Assembly: GCA_965237725.1 (NCBI GenBank)
Contig: OZ250151.1
Span: 3,497,283 to 3,561,282 of the forward strand
Source: Candidatus Spongiihabitans sp.
GTDB taxonomy: Bacteria > Pseudomonadota > Gammaproteobacteria > Arenicellales > Poriferihabitantaceae
Length of the DNA stretch: 64,000 nucleotides
Direction of reading: 5' to 3'
Part shown: piece by piece, positions 1 to 9,200 of the stretch
Layout: the number at the start of each line of letters is the position of its first letter
Numbering within the stretch: the first letter of the stretch is position 1
Notes under the pieces: model-generated
Seen by the model: only the letters and a program-made list of their open reading frames with translations
The model's database searches: none
What the model was told of the DNA's origin: nothing
Translations under genes and position numbers: made by a program

Positions 1-62
1 CAAGATGATCTGATGAAAAGATTAATATCATGAAAATATTTTTGTGGTGAATCGAATAATCA

Positions 63-929
63 ATGAAGTCCATGAAGCCCAAGGCATACAAACACATCCA
101 GGTCATTCCCCTTTCTGGAGCCTGCGGTGGTGAAATTCATGGGGTCGATATTGCAAAACCAATGTCAGATGCTGTTTATCAGGAAGTTCGTCGCGCATTG
201 CTTGAATCCCAGGTCATTTTTTTTCGTGATCAGAATCTCACAACCGACCAACTGAAGGCGTTCGCCGCACGATTTGGTGAGCTGGATATCCATACCATTT
301 TACAGGGTTTGGAAGGCCATCCAGAAATTCTCGAAGTGCTGACCGAGCCTGGAGACACTAACGTTTATTCCGAAGGCTGGCACGCTGATGTCACCTACCA
401 ACCCTGTCCTACCCTGGGCGCAATACTTTATGCTATTGAAGTTCCAAAAGTTGGTGGCGATACTTTATTTTCCAGTCAATACCTGGCCTATGAATCATTA
501 TCCAAAGGGTTGCAGCAAATGCTGTTGGGTATGACCGGGATCCACAGTTCTTTAAGAGTATATGGTGATCGACAGGCATCTATGGATCTCAAAGATGAGA
601 ATATGATTGTGACCAAAGAGCAAGCGCAAAGTGTGGTGTCCGAACATCCCGTAGTGCGAACCCATCCAGAAACCGGGCGTAAGTCGTTGTTTGTTAACGA
701 CCACTATACCCTGGGCTTCAAGGGAATGACCGAGCAGGAAAGTGCACCGCTGCTGCAGTTTTTGTTAAATCATGCCATCCAGCCAGAATTTACCTGTCGA
801 TTTCACTGGCAGAAAAATTCTATCGCATTTTGGGATAATCGCTGCCTGCTGCACAATCCCATTGGAGATTATCTGGGACAACGGCGTTATTTACACCGCG
901 TTGTAGTTGCTGGCGACCCGCCGTTTTGA
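63..929 (+). CDS. TauD/TfdA-family Fe(II)/2-oxoglutarate dioxygenase
   Basis: 288-aa ORF. Carries an HxD iron motif (WHADVTY), GGDTLFSS, and a C-terminal WDNRCLLH...YLHR block typical of taurine dioxygenase-like enzymes. Confidence 0.8.
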   Translation: MKSMKPKAYKHIQVIPLSGACGGEIHGVDIAKPMSDAVYQEVRRALLESQVIFFRDQNLTTDQLKAFAARFGELDIHTILQGLEGHPEILEVLTEPGDTNVYSEGWHADVTYQPCPTLGAILYAIEVPKVGGDTLFSSQYLAYESLSKGLQQMLLGMTGIHSSLRVYGDRQASMDLKDENMIVTKEQAQSVVSEHPVVRTHPETGRKSLFVNDHYTLGFKGMTEQESAPLLQFLLNHAIQPEFTCRFHWQKNSIAFWDNRCLLHNPIGDYLGQRRYLHRVVVAGDPPF

Positions 930-960
930 ATATCCGGTTTTAGATACAACAACGTTGCCC

Positions 961-1974
961 ATGAAATTACTGGTCACCGGCGGCGGCGGTTTTGTGATGT
1001 GTCATGTTGTACGGGAATTTTTGCTGGCCAATCCAGATGCCACGGCCTTAATTATGGATCAATCACCCCTCGATCCCAGCGCCCAGGGTTTTTTCGCCGA
1101 TCTGGCTGAGCGAATTGAGATTATGGTTGCTGATGCAGGTGATGCCGCGAGCTGGGGCGCTATCTCCGGGCAAACCCAGATCACCCATATGGTCCATGGT
1201 GCTGCAGTAACCAGTATTGTTTCCAGGCTGGATAGTATGCCTGAAATAGAAGACCGGCTGGGTCACATTGAAAATGCCATGGCGACCAATATTATGAGCT
1301 CGGTATATGCAATGGGATTCGCCCTCCAACAACATTCCTTAGAGAAATTTATTAATGTCAGTTCGGGTTCGATATACGGCCTTGAGGCGCCCACGGGTCC
1401 TTTACCGGAAAATGGCTATGTGGGCCCCAGCGGATTTTATGCGGTATCCAAATACAGCGCTGAATTGTTGTTGGACAGCTATAAGGAACAGTTTGGATTG
1501 CCCGGGGCTAGTGTTCGGTTATCTGGGGTTTACGGACCCATGGATCGACAAACATCTGGGCGCGATGTGCGTTGTGTGCCATATCGAATCGCCCATGGGA
1601 TTATAGAAAATAAACCACTACGCATCAATTCCCTGAATGTTATTGGCGATTTTATTCATGTTGTTGATGTGGCGAAGGCGATCAATGGCCTGTCAATTGC
1701 CGACACATTAAATCACGATGTATACAACATCGCCTATGGAAAACCAGTCAGCATAGGTCAAATGATAAGAATAGCCCAGCGACGATTTCCAGAATTAACC
1801 TATGAGATCGTGGCAGCGGATGAAGCAGAAATTTTTCTCGACCCACTGCTCGACAAGGGTCGTTATGGACCCTACAGTATTAAGCGCATTTTCACTGATA
1901 CCGGCTGGCAACCACGTAGTATCGAAGACGGCATTAGTGATTACCTGGCGTGGTTAGAGGGGCACAACTTTTAA
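961..1974 (+). CDS. NAD-dependent epimerase/dehydratase (extended SDR)
   Basis: N-terminal Rossmann motif LLVTGGGGFV and a YxxxK motif (YAVSKYSAE). I chose the ATG at 961 (MKLLVTGGGG) rather than the track's TTG at 907, which overlaps the upstream gene. Confidence 0.75.
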   Translation: MKLLVTGGGGFVMCHVVREFLLANPDATALIMDQSPLDPSAQGFFADLAERIEIMVADAGDAASWGAISGQTQITHMVHGAAVTSIVSRLDSMPEIEDRLGHIENAMATNIMSSVYAMGFALQQHSLEKFINVSSGSIYGLEAPTGPLPENGYVGPSGFYAVSKYSAELLLDSYKEQFGLPGASVRLSGVYGPMDRQTSGRDVRCVPYRIAHGIIENKPLRINSLNVIGDFIHVVDVAKAINGLSIADTLNHDVYNIAYGKPVSIGQMIRIAQRRFPELTYEIVAADEAEIFLDPLLDKGRYGPYSIKRIFTDTGWQPRSIEDGISDYLAWLEGHNF

Positions 1975-2048
1975 ATTAAAAATTACAGAAGATGCAGTAA
2001 AAATTCTAATTCTGGAAAACCTGGTTTACAATTTCCACAGCTAAAAAC

Positions 2049-2546
2049 TTGAATTGGAAATCTGATTTCAAATTCAACTACGATTGGAAAAACATGTATA
2101 AAATTATTCAAACCCCAGACATTGAAATACGCGACACTAAAACAAAAAAAGGTAGAGGCGTATACGCTTGTCGGGATTTTAAAAATAATGAAATTATCGA
2201 AATCTCTCCTTACATCGTATTAGAGGATCACTTCAGTTTAATACCTGATTGCCTACAGGAAATTGTGTATAACGGCAGCGGATTTAAGAAACTATCTCGC
2301 AAGGCTGAAAAAGAGGGCAAGCAGGTGTTAGCTATAGTATTGGGCTATGGCAGTATGTACAACCACGGAAATCCTGCCAATGTCAGCGCAAAACCAAATC
2401 CTAAAACCAGAATTATGGAATACAAATCGTTGCGGAAAATTACTAAGGGAACTGAGCTTTTGATTAACTACGATGCACTGTGGACGGGGGTTAGTAAGGG
2501 AAATAAATGGATTGCCCAACGAAAATTAAAATATATTAAGCCCTAA
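2049..2546 (+). CDS. SET-domain protein (putative protein-lysine methyltransferase)
   Basis: RGVYACRDFKNNEIIEISPYIVL matches the SET N-region. YNHGNPANV matches the NHSxxPN motif. GTELLINYD matches the ELxxDY motif. The track start is TTG at 2049; the ATG at 2094 is an alternative. The gene is visibly more A/T-rich than its neighbours. Confidence 0.7.
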   Translation: MNWKSDFKFNYDWKNMYKIIQTPDIEIRDTKTKKGRGVYACRDFKNNEIIEISPYIVLEDHFSLIPDCLQEIVYNGSGFKKLSRKAEKEGKQVLAIVLGYGSMYNHGNPANVSAKPNPKTRIMEYKSLRKITKGTELLINYDALWTGVSKGNKWIAQRKLKYIKP

Positions 2547-2647
2547 AATCTGTTGCTCATTAGCGAAATTCCGAGTTAAAATTAATCGTGTCGAAGGAAT
2601 AAACCTATTATTTAACCTTACTTTCGCTGATTCGCGAGGATGAATTA

Positions 2648-2854
2648 ATGCCCAAAATCACTAAAAACCAAATTGCACGCCGCAAAGCGCTTAAAACAAT
2701 GGCAATCGGTGGAGCCGCAGCGACTACTGCCAAGGAGCTTCCCGAACGCTGGGGAAAACCCGTAATTGATGGCGTCCTGTTACCCGCCCATGCGAAAATG
2801 AGTGGAAAAGGAAAAGGAAAAGGGAAAGGAGAACAACCAGAAGAAGGAAGTTAG
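2648..2854 (+). CDS. small exported peptide with a Tat-like leader and a (GK)n core
   Basis: 68-aa ORF with a GAGGA Shine-Dalgarno about 8 nt upstream. Contains RRKALK plus a hydrophobic stretch, then LPERWGKPVIDGVLLPAHA, then the tail KMSGKGKGKGKGEQPEEGS. The leader block is paralogous to the N-terminus of the 38278..39027 protein. Confidence 0.6.
   Translation: MPKITKNQIARRKALKTMAIGGAAATTAKELPERWGKPVIDGVLLPAHAKMSGKGKGKGKGEQPEEGS
2804..2830 (+). repeat. hexanucleotide tandem repeat (GGAAAA-like) encoding GKGKGKGKG
   Basis: The DNA reads gga aaa gga aaa gga aaa ggg aaa gga in frame with the 2648..2854 ORF. Confidence 0.9.
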
Positions 2855-2951
2855 AGGAAAGAAATTTGACCCGACTATTGGGATCATCCCTAGTCGTGCA
2901 ATCGCCAGTCATCTACGATTAGTAATCGTTTGTTAGCGTTTCGAACAATGA

Positions 2952-3527
2952 TTAGTTTCTTTTTCTGTCGAGATGAATAACAATCATTTTCTCTCCCAAT
3001 ACCTGAACGTCTTTGCTGCCTTGATCAAATTGCAATAAATGATTCCCAGGTAACACCCTGGTCTCAGGATAATTGGGCTCAATTAGTCCAGCAGAATGCT
3101 CAAGGCAAAATACAAATCCTTGATCGCAGGACATTAATCTGACTGACTGCCTGTCAACATACGTGTCCACCTGGGCATGGAAGTGGCTGGAGCGGTTCAT
3201 TAGGTTGAAGTCAGTAATCGGACCTGAAATCAGTGCCCCATGGGTTTTACTTCCACCATCAAAATTTGCTATGTCGAGAATATTTTCTAATCGGCTAGTT
3301 TTGCCAGTATCGTGAACAAGCTCTATGCCATTACCCTGAATCAAAATCAAATTCCGTTCAAAGCCGGGGAAATCTGAGAATGGGCCATCCTCAATTACAC
3401 TGGCAATGCTGATTCGCCATTGAAAACTCTCCAGGGTTCCACCTGGGTTAATGGCAAGCTCGGTGGTTTCGCCTTTGCCATTTTTCCACAGTGATTTCCT
3501 GAACTGATCAGGAGGGATGATTTTCAC
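2952..3527 (-). CDS. HutD/Ves-family protein
   Basis: N-terminal WKNGKGETTELAI and FQWRISIA motifs are characteristic of the HutD family. Confidence 0.65.
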   Translation of the reverse strand: MKIIPPDQFRKSLWKNGKGETTELAINPGGTLESFQWRISIASVIEDGPFSDFPGFERNLILIQGNGIELVHDTGKTSRLENILDIANFDGGSKTHGALISGPITDFNLMNRSSHFHAQVDTYVDRQSVRLMSCDQGFVFCLEHSAGLIEPNYPETRVLPGNHLLQFDQGSKDVQVLGEKMIVIHLDRKRN

Positions 3528-3562
3528 GGCGGCAGTCTAAAAGCCTCGTATCAAGCCAGGTC

Positions 3563-4006
3563 TCAGGCGGCGGTTGTAACATAGGTTAAAACTTCAACTA
3601 CCTGTTCTGGAGTTGTTGCCCAGGCTAGGGCGGAAGCATCAACTTCTTTTAGCGGATGAATAATATCTTCATCGTGGAGGGTAATATAAGGCGTATTCAT
3701 AGCCGCACAAAAACCGGCGTCGAAGGCTGCATTCCATTGCTTGTATTTATCACCGAATCGAATCACTGCCAGGTCACATTGCTCAATCATTGTTCTGGTG
3801 CGAATACTGTTTACTTTGGAAGACTTGTGATCGCGCCAAAATCCAGATTCCTGTTCTCCCACACAGTCCCCCGCTGCATCGCTGGCCTCGTGATTGGTTA
3901 CCGGAGACAGGAATGAAACCGGTAGTTCCAGCGCTTCTGCCGCAGTTTTAATTTGTTCACGCCAGTCGGTGTGGATTTCTCCTGATAAATAGATTTCCCA
4001 ATGCAT
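3563..4006 (-). CDS. YtoQ-family protein (nucleoside 2-deoxyribosyltransferase-like fold)
   Basis: The N-terminus IYLSGEIHTDWREQI matches my recollection of the YtoQ family signature. Confidence 0.6.
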   Translation of the reverse strand: MHWEIYLSGEIHTDWREQIKTAAEALELPVSFLSPVTNHEASDAAGDCVGEQESGFWRDHKSSKVNSIRTRTMIEQCDLAVIRFGDKYKQWNAAFDAGFCAAMNTPYITLHDEDIIHPLKEVDASALAWATTPEQVVEVLTYVTTAA

Positions 4007-4055
4007 TATACTTCTCGGTTAGTTAATTGGCTGGATTGTACAGAAATTTTCTGAC

Positions 4056-4820
4056 TTAGCTTCGCGCAGAAATATATTCTGCGGTTATTTCCTTGAGGCG
4101 ATCCGGGCCGAAGCTTTCATCATGGCCACCATGGATCACAGCAGCGGGCAGGTTTTGCAATCTTTCCATGGTAATTAAATAGTCTTCAATATTGGAATCT
4201 TCCAGGGTGTCCAGCAATGGGCCATCGTAAATGGCGTCCCCTGAAAACAAGGTTGCAGTTTTTTCTTCCCACAATCCGATGCTGCCGGGCGAATGGCCGG
4301 GCAGGTGCATGACCTGGAAATGACGATCACCCAGATCCAGAATATCGCCATCGTCTACCAGCCAGGTTGGCGTAGCAGCAGGGGTGTGGAAACTATGCAA
4401 ATCGAATCCGGGTTTGGGCAAGGCGGTTATCATGCGCTCACTCTCAAGGGCATAGCCGGAGTCCCGCAAGCTATTGATTTCTTCAATAGGCCAGTCGTTT
4501 ACATCGAGACTGACTTGAGGTGGTGCGGATAGATTATCCGCTTCACATCGATGCACAACCCGGGTGTCAAATTCATACATACTGCCCATGTGATCCAGAT
4601 GAGTATGGGTGGCGACTACAATAACCGGTTTGCCCAGTAGATCTTCGATTTCATCTTTAAGACTGCTGATGCCCATTCCGGTATCAATTAACAGGTCATT
4701 CTCCCTGCCTTTTACATGCCAGATATTGCAGCGCAACAATTCGTCGACATGGGGTTCTCGAATCAAGGTGATATCGTCACTGATGGTATTTCGTTCGAAC
4801 CATCGATCTGCCAGTTTCAT
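4056..4820 (-). CDS. MBL-fold metallo-hydrolase
   Basis: Contains the THTHLDHMG (HxHxDH) metal motif and a downstream HLPGHSPG. Confidence 0.8.
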   Translation of the reverse strand: MKLADRWFERNTISDDITLIREPHVDELLRCNIWHVKGRENDLLIDTGMGISSLKDEIEDLLGKPVIVVATHTHLDHMGSMYEFDTRVVHRCEADNLSAPPQVSLDVNDWPIEEINSLRDSGYALESERMITALPKPGFDLHSFHTPAATPTWLVDDGDILDLGDRHFQVMHLPGHSPGSIGLWEEKTATLFSGDAIYDGPLLDTLEDSNIEDYLITMERLQNLPAAVIHGGHDESFGPDRLKEITAEYISARS

Positions 4821-4868
4821 AAGTTTGATTTCTCCTATTTGTTTTTTTGTGTAACTAGGAACTATAAC

Positions 4869-5651
4869 TTATCTGTTGGCAATATATTGTGTTGGGGTCA
4901 TGCCAAGGTTCTGTCGAAACATGGCAATAAATGCAGAAGGGGATTCATAACCCATTTCCAGGGCCACTGTGGTTACCGCCACACCTTCAGCCAGCCGTTC
5001 CAGTGCGGATAATAAAATTCGACGCCGGCGCCATTCTCCGAAAGTCATGCCGGTTTCCTGCTTGAAAAGCCGCGCCAGGGTTCGGCCGCTGGCACCCACC
5101 CTTGAACCATGCTGTTCAATGGTGCGTCGGTCCGTGGGATCAGATAATAATGCATTGGTTACAGCACTCAATCGTGGGTTGGACGATAGAGGTAGATGTA
5201 GCGGGGCGGGTTTGGCGCAACGAATACGATCCAGAATTACCATCATAAGTCGGTTATCTGATCCATTCTCATCCCAGGCTCGGGGTAATTTGGCAGCTTC
5301 CAGAATTAGATTTCTAAGCAGCACATCTACGCTAAGTACGGTGCAGGAGTCCGGCATCCCCACCACTTCACTCGCTGCAATATACAGGCTTCTAAACTTG
5401 GCCGGGCCGATGGGACGGATATCGTGAGTGACACCCGGCGGTAACCATACCGCCATTGCAGGTGGCGCGGTAAAGTGGCCGTCGTCGGTGAGTACGGTGA
5501 GCACACCCTCAGCGGAATAAGTAAACTGTCCCCATTTATGTGCGTGGGGCTTAAAGGTTTCTCCGTCGGCCATGTCGAATGCTCGAACCTCAACGGGACG
5601 AATCAGCCGGGTTGGAATTTCGTTTATTCGTGTTTGTCTGTTTTCCGACAT
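4869..5651 (-). CDS. AraC-family transcriptional regulator (cupin N-domain)
   Basis: C-terminal HTH region SGRTLARLFKQETGMTFGEWRRRRIL...GYESPSAFIAMFRQNLGMTP, with a cupin-like N-terminal half. Confidence 0.85.
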   Translation of the reverse strand: MSENRQTRINEIPTRLIRPVEVRAFDMADGETFKPHAHKWGQFTYSAEGVLTVLTDDGHFTAPPAMAVWLPPGVTHDIRPIGPAKFRSLYIAASEVVGMPDSCTVLSVDVLLRNLILEAAKLPRAWDENGSDNRLMMVILDRIRCAKPAPLHLPLSSNPRLSAVTNALLSDPTDRRTIEQHGSRVGASGRTLARLFKQETGMTFGEWRRRRILLSALERLAEGVAVTTVALEMGYESPSAFIAMFRQNLGMTPTQYIANR

Positions 5652-5736
5652 AACTTGTCATTATACCGAAATTCAGACGAAGTTAAGAGCGCTATATTAG
5701 CGCCATTAATTATCGGTAAATTTTGGGAGAATCATC

Positions 5737-6996
5737 TTGAGTCGTTTTGTACCCCGTTTCCTGCAAGGCTATGAAGGCATGCTGGTATTAATGGCATGCG
5801 CCATGGCGGTGAGTTTATACGGCTGGTTCACTTTGTTGAATAATTTTGTGGTTGAGCGCGCCGCATTTACCGGCCGTGAAATTGGATTTCTTCAGTCCAT
5901 TCGAGAGATTCCTGGTTTCCTTTCATTCCTGGCAATATTTTTACTGCCGTTTATGCGTGAGCAGAATCTGGCTTATTTTTCTTTGGCCATGCTGGGGATT
6001 GGTACCGCAATCACAGGGTTTTTTCCTTCGGAATACGCCCTCTATGCAACCACATTCTGGATGTCTATGGGGTTTCATTATTATGAAACCATGAACCAGT
6101 CCTTGACCTTGCAACTGGTTGACAAAGCCCATACCCCCGTGCATTTGGCGATGCAGTTAAAAGCATCATCTATCGGTACCCTGGGAATTTTTGCCGTCAT
6201 CATCTTGTGTTTCGATGAGAAAGTTTTAATCATGGTTCAGAATATTCTCGGTATGGAATCCAGCTTCACCGGTTTTGCACTTGGGTTCACACCGTTGTAC
6301 ATGATCGCAGGTATTTTCACCTTGGCAGTAGCAATATTTTGTAAATTTTATTACCCCATTTTTGAGTCCAAAGAAGTACAGCATAAAACATTATTTTTGC
6401 GTCAGCGTTACTGGTTATATTATGCATTGACCTTTATGGGTGGTGCTCGGCGTCAGATATTTATGGTATTTGCCGGATTTCTCATGGTGGAAAAATTCGG
6501 CTATGACGTGACTTCCATTACGCTTTTATATCTGATTAACCTGATTGCCAATATCTGGATTGCCCCATATGTCGGACGGTTCATAAAAAAGCTGGGAGAA
6601 AGAAAAGCACTGATCATTGAGTATGTCGGATTGATTGCCATCTTCGCAGGTTATGCCGTTGTCGACGATCATCGCATGGCTGCCGGGCTTTATATTCTCG
6701 ACCATCTATTTTTTGCGTTTGCTATTGCCATAAAAACTTACTTCCAGAAGATTGCAGATCCCAAAGATATTGCGTCCACCGCAGGCACCAGTTTCACCAT
6801 TAACCATATCGCTGCGGTCGGTATCCCGGCGGCATTCGGACTGATCTGGATCGGCGATCCTGGTCTGGTTTTTTACATGGGATCAGCTATGGCCGTGGTG
6901 TCCTTATTGCTTGCGCTTATGATTCCAGGAGATCCACGTCCGGGGCGAGAGACAACTTTAAGTGATCCCCAGCTTGAGCTGCAGCCCACAGACTGA
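5737..6996 (+). CDS. polytopic membrane transporter (MFS-like)
   Basis: 419 aa with about 12 hydrophobic segments. The track gives a TTG start. The family assignment is tentative. Confidence 0.5.
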   Translation: MSRFVPRFLQGYEGMLVLMACAMAVSLYGWFTLLNNFVVERAAFTGREIGFLQSIREIPGFLSFLAIFLLPFMREQNLAYFSLAMLGIGTAITGFFPSEYALYATTFWMSMGFHYYETMNQSLTLQLVDKAHTPVHLAMQLKASSIGTLGIFAVIILCFDEKVLIMVQNILGMESSFTGFALGFTPLYMIAGIFTLAVAIFCKFYYPIFESKEVQHKTLFLRQRYWLYYALTFMGGARRQIFMVFAGFLMVEKFGYDVTSITLLYLINLIANIWIAPYVGRFIKKLGERKALIIEYVGLIAIFAGYAVVDDHRMAAGLYILDHLFFAFAIAIKTYFQKIADPKDIASTAGTSFTINHIAAVGIPAAFGLIWIGDPGLVFYMGSAMAVVSLLLALMIPGDPRPGRETTLSDPQLELQPTD

Positions 6997-7068
6997 ATTT
7001 AGCCTGCTCGCTGGTAAAAAATAATGTTGTTGCCCATAAAATATAGCAAAAAATTATAACTGACATAT

Positions 7069-7590
7069 ATGACTGAACAAACCGCAAATCAAGCGCAAGA
7101 GATGATGCAACTGGCTCTGGCAGAATGCCAGGCCACGGTTAGGGGCTACGACACTAAGGCTCAGATTGTTGGGGTAGGTTACATCTTTGCCCTGGAAATT
7201 ATTTTCCAATTGTCCAAGCTGCTTCCCAGTATAGGGCAGGAAGTGGATTTGCCTTTTGTTGTCGGCGCCTGGGCGGTTATGATTTTTCCCATCGCATTAT
7301 TCGGGTTTGTACTTTATCCAACGCGAAAATCTGTCAAGCATTTGAAAATCCCTTCTAAAACGGTAAAAAGATCGCTCTACCTCGAGCCCGAGCGATACGA
7401 TAATCTGGGGCAATACATTGAGGAAGTCAAACAGGCCGATATCAACGAAGAGCTTGCCCACGAGCTATTCAAAATTTCCAGTCTGCGAGAGCTTAAAAGA
7501 AATCGCTTCCTTCGCGCATTATTTTCATCGGGGTTAGCATTTGTCGTATTGTTTGCTGGCCAGGTGGCCAGAGTGTTGTGGAATAGTTAA
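7069..7590 (+). CDS. small 3-TM membrane protein (possibly DUF5706/Pycsar-effector-like)
   Basis: 173 aa. YDTKAQIVGVGYIFAL precedes TM1. A second TM follows, then a helical cytosolic stretch, then a C-terminal TM. Confidence 0.4.
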   Translation: MTEQTANQAQEMMQLALAECQATVRGYDTKAQIVGVGYIFALEIIFQLSKLLPSIGQEVDLPFVVGAWAVMIFPIALFGFVLYPTRKSVKHLKIPSKTVKRSLYLEPERYDNLGQYIEEVKQADINEELAHELFKISSLRELKRNRFLRALFSSGLAFVVLFAGQVARVLWNS

Positions 7591-7606
7591 TCAATTAGGA
7601 GAGGAT

Positions 7607-8296
7607 ATGTCGAAAATGCAATTGATTCAGGCAGAAGTCTGTCCCTACGCCCAGCGCACCCATATGTGTTTGCTGGAAAAACAGCTGGATTTTGAAGTCA
7701 TTGAAGTTGACTTGAAAAACAAACCCGCATGGTTTGAGGAAATTTCACCATATAGCAAGGTGCCGGTATTGAAGGATGAAAATATAAGGTTGTATGAATC
7801 GACCATCATCAATGAATACCTTGATGAGGTGTACCAGGATCCGCCCTTGATGCCCGAAGTTTCTGGTGATCGCGCTATGGCCCGAACCTGGATTGATTTT
7901 GATAACGTCAAATTTGTACCTGCCTTTTATCAGGTTCTGCTGGAGCAGGATCTGGATAAACGCCAGGGCATTGCCGATGACCTGGTCGAACAAATGCAGT
8001 TTATGGAAAGCCAGGGATTCTCCAAAGATGCCAATGGACCTTATTGGTTTGGTGAAAAAATCTCGCTAGTGGACCTGGCCATTTATCCCCACTTCGAGCG
8101 CATCGGCGTATTGGAAGCTTATAGAAATATTTCAATTCCCCAATCCTGTTCGAGGTTAAGGGAATGGTTGGCTGCCATGCTGGAAAGACCCAGCGCAAAA
8201 GCCACTGCTCATGACAATAATTATCACGTTGATGCATACAGCCACTATGCCGATGGAACGGCTTCTGGAACCACGGCCAAGGATATGCGTCGATAA
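7607..8296 (+). CDS. glutathione S-transferase (thioredoxin-like N-domain)
   Basis: CPYAQRTHMCL active-site region and KVPVL, ESTIINEYLDE motifs. I chose the ATG at 7607, preceded by AGGAGAGG, over the track start at 7541. Confidence 0.8.
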   Translation: MSKMQLIQAEVCPYAQRTHMCLLEKQLDFEVIEVDLKNKPAWFEEISPYSKVPVLKDENIRLYESTIINEYLDEVYQDPPLMPEVSGDRAMARTWIDFDNVKFVPAFYQVLLEQDLDKRQGIADDLVEQMQFMESQGFSKDANGPYWFGEKISLVDLAIYPHFERIGVLEAYRNISIPQSCSRLREWLAAMLERPSAKATAHDNNYHVDAYSHYADGTASGTTAKDMRR

Positions 8297-8312
8297 AATG
8301 AGGTTTTTGGGG

Positions 8313-9029
8313 TTAGTCCAGAGACAAAAGCGCTAACCCAACGACGGCCAACATGGCCAATGCCATGAAGCAGTTAACAATAAACTGCATACGAGGGTTG
8401 AGGTTGAGTTGTTCGATCAGGCTGCCAGCGCCTAGCCAAAGCAGATGGATAGGTATCCAAATTAAATTAATAATCAGAAACTTGATTAATGTTTCTTCGA
8501 TTAACGAGTCAGCATGAAAAGCAAAACCACTGAACAAAGTGGTGTTGACCACATAGGCTTTTGGGTTGATCGCCTGGAGTATTAATGCCGCACGTATCCC
8601 GGGTATTTTATCTGCGAAAATAAATGCAATCTTCGAACCCGCAAATGCAATACGTAGTGCGAGGTAAAACAAATAGAGCGTTGAAAGCACCAGTAGGGTA
8701 TTGCGTGCCCAGTGGGTCGTCAGAATTACGGTGGCGAGACCAGACACCACAGCAAGGGCAACCAGGTTTGTACCTATACATAATCCAATTACATATCGAA
8801 TCCCAGCACGAAAACCAAAAGCCGCACCAACCCCTGCAGTTGACAAGACGCCGGGTCCCGGGGTTATCAACAGCAGGAATACTGCGATACTAAATGCGAT
8901 CATGGCTTGGAATTCTACAGTAAACGATTTGTGGCTTGATTCGAGTAACTGATTAAATTTGTCGGCAATTTTTACATCATCCAGATTTACGTTGTTTTGA
9001 TTAGCGTTGATAACCATTAACAAAATCAT
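8313..9029 (-). CDS. LysE/RhtB-family amino-acid exporter
   Basis: Contains LLITPGPGV and multiple TM segments. The real start is probably the internal Met at 8903 (MIAFSIAVF...). Confidence 0.75.
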   Translation of the reverse strand: MILLMVINANQNNVNLDDVKIADKFNQLLESSHKSFTVEFQAMIAFSIAVFLLLITPGPGVLSTAGVGAAFGFRAGIRYVIGLCIGTNLVALAVVSGLATVILTTHWARNTLLVLSTLYLFYLALRIAFAGSKIAFIFADKIPGIRAALILQAINPKAYVVNTTLFSGFAFHADSLIEETLIKFLIINLIWIPIHLLWLGAGSLIEQLNLNPRMQFIVNCFMALAMLAVVGLALLSLD

Positions 9030-9200
9030 CAGTTCAGACCGGGCCGGGGGATATCAATTCGGAGGTCTTATCTCAAAACATCAGGATAAAGGGGCAGATT
9101 AAATTGTCTTGGTCAAGCGTCCCATTTGATCTGTACCCTCGTCAAATCTGTGCTGTTTTGCTATGATATACATCAGATCGATTTCAGTGGAGGGTACAAT

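Noticed and set aside
907-960. N-terminal extensions given by the track (907 for the epimerase; similarly 7541, 9126, 18908, 45712 and 59097)
   Set aside because: The extensions use non-ATG starts or overlap upstream genes, and they add residues before recognisable N-termini, signal peptides or Shine-Dalgarno-preceded ATGs. I preferred the internal ATG starts. These choices remain unverified.
4969-5427. 152-aa plus-strand ORF
   Set aside because: It lies entirely antisense within the AraC-family regulator gene and has Arg/Ser-rich shadow composition.
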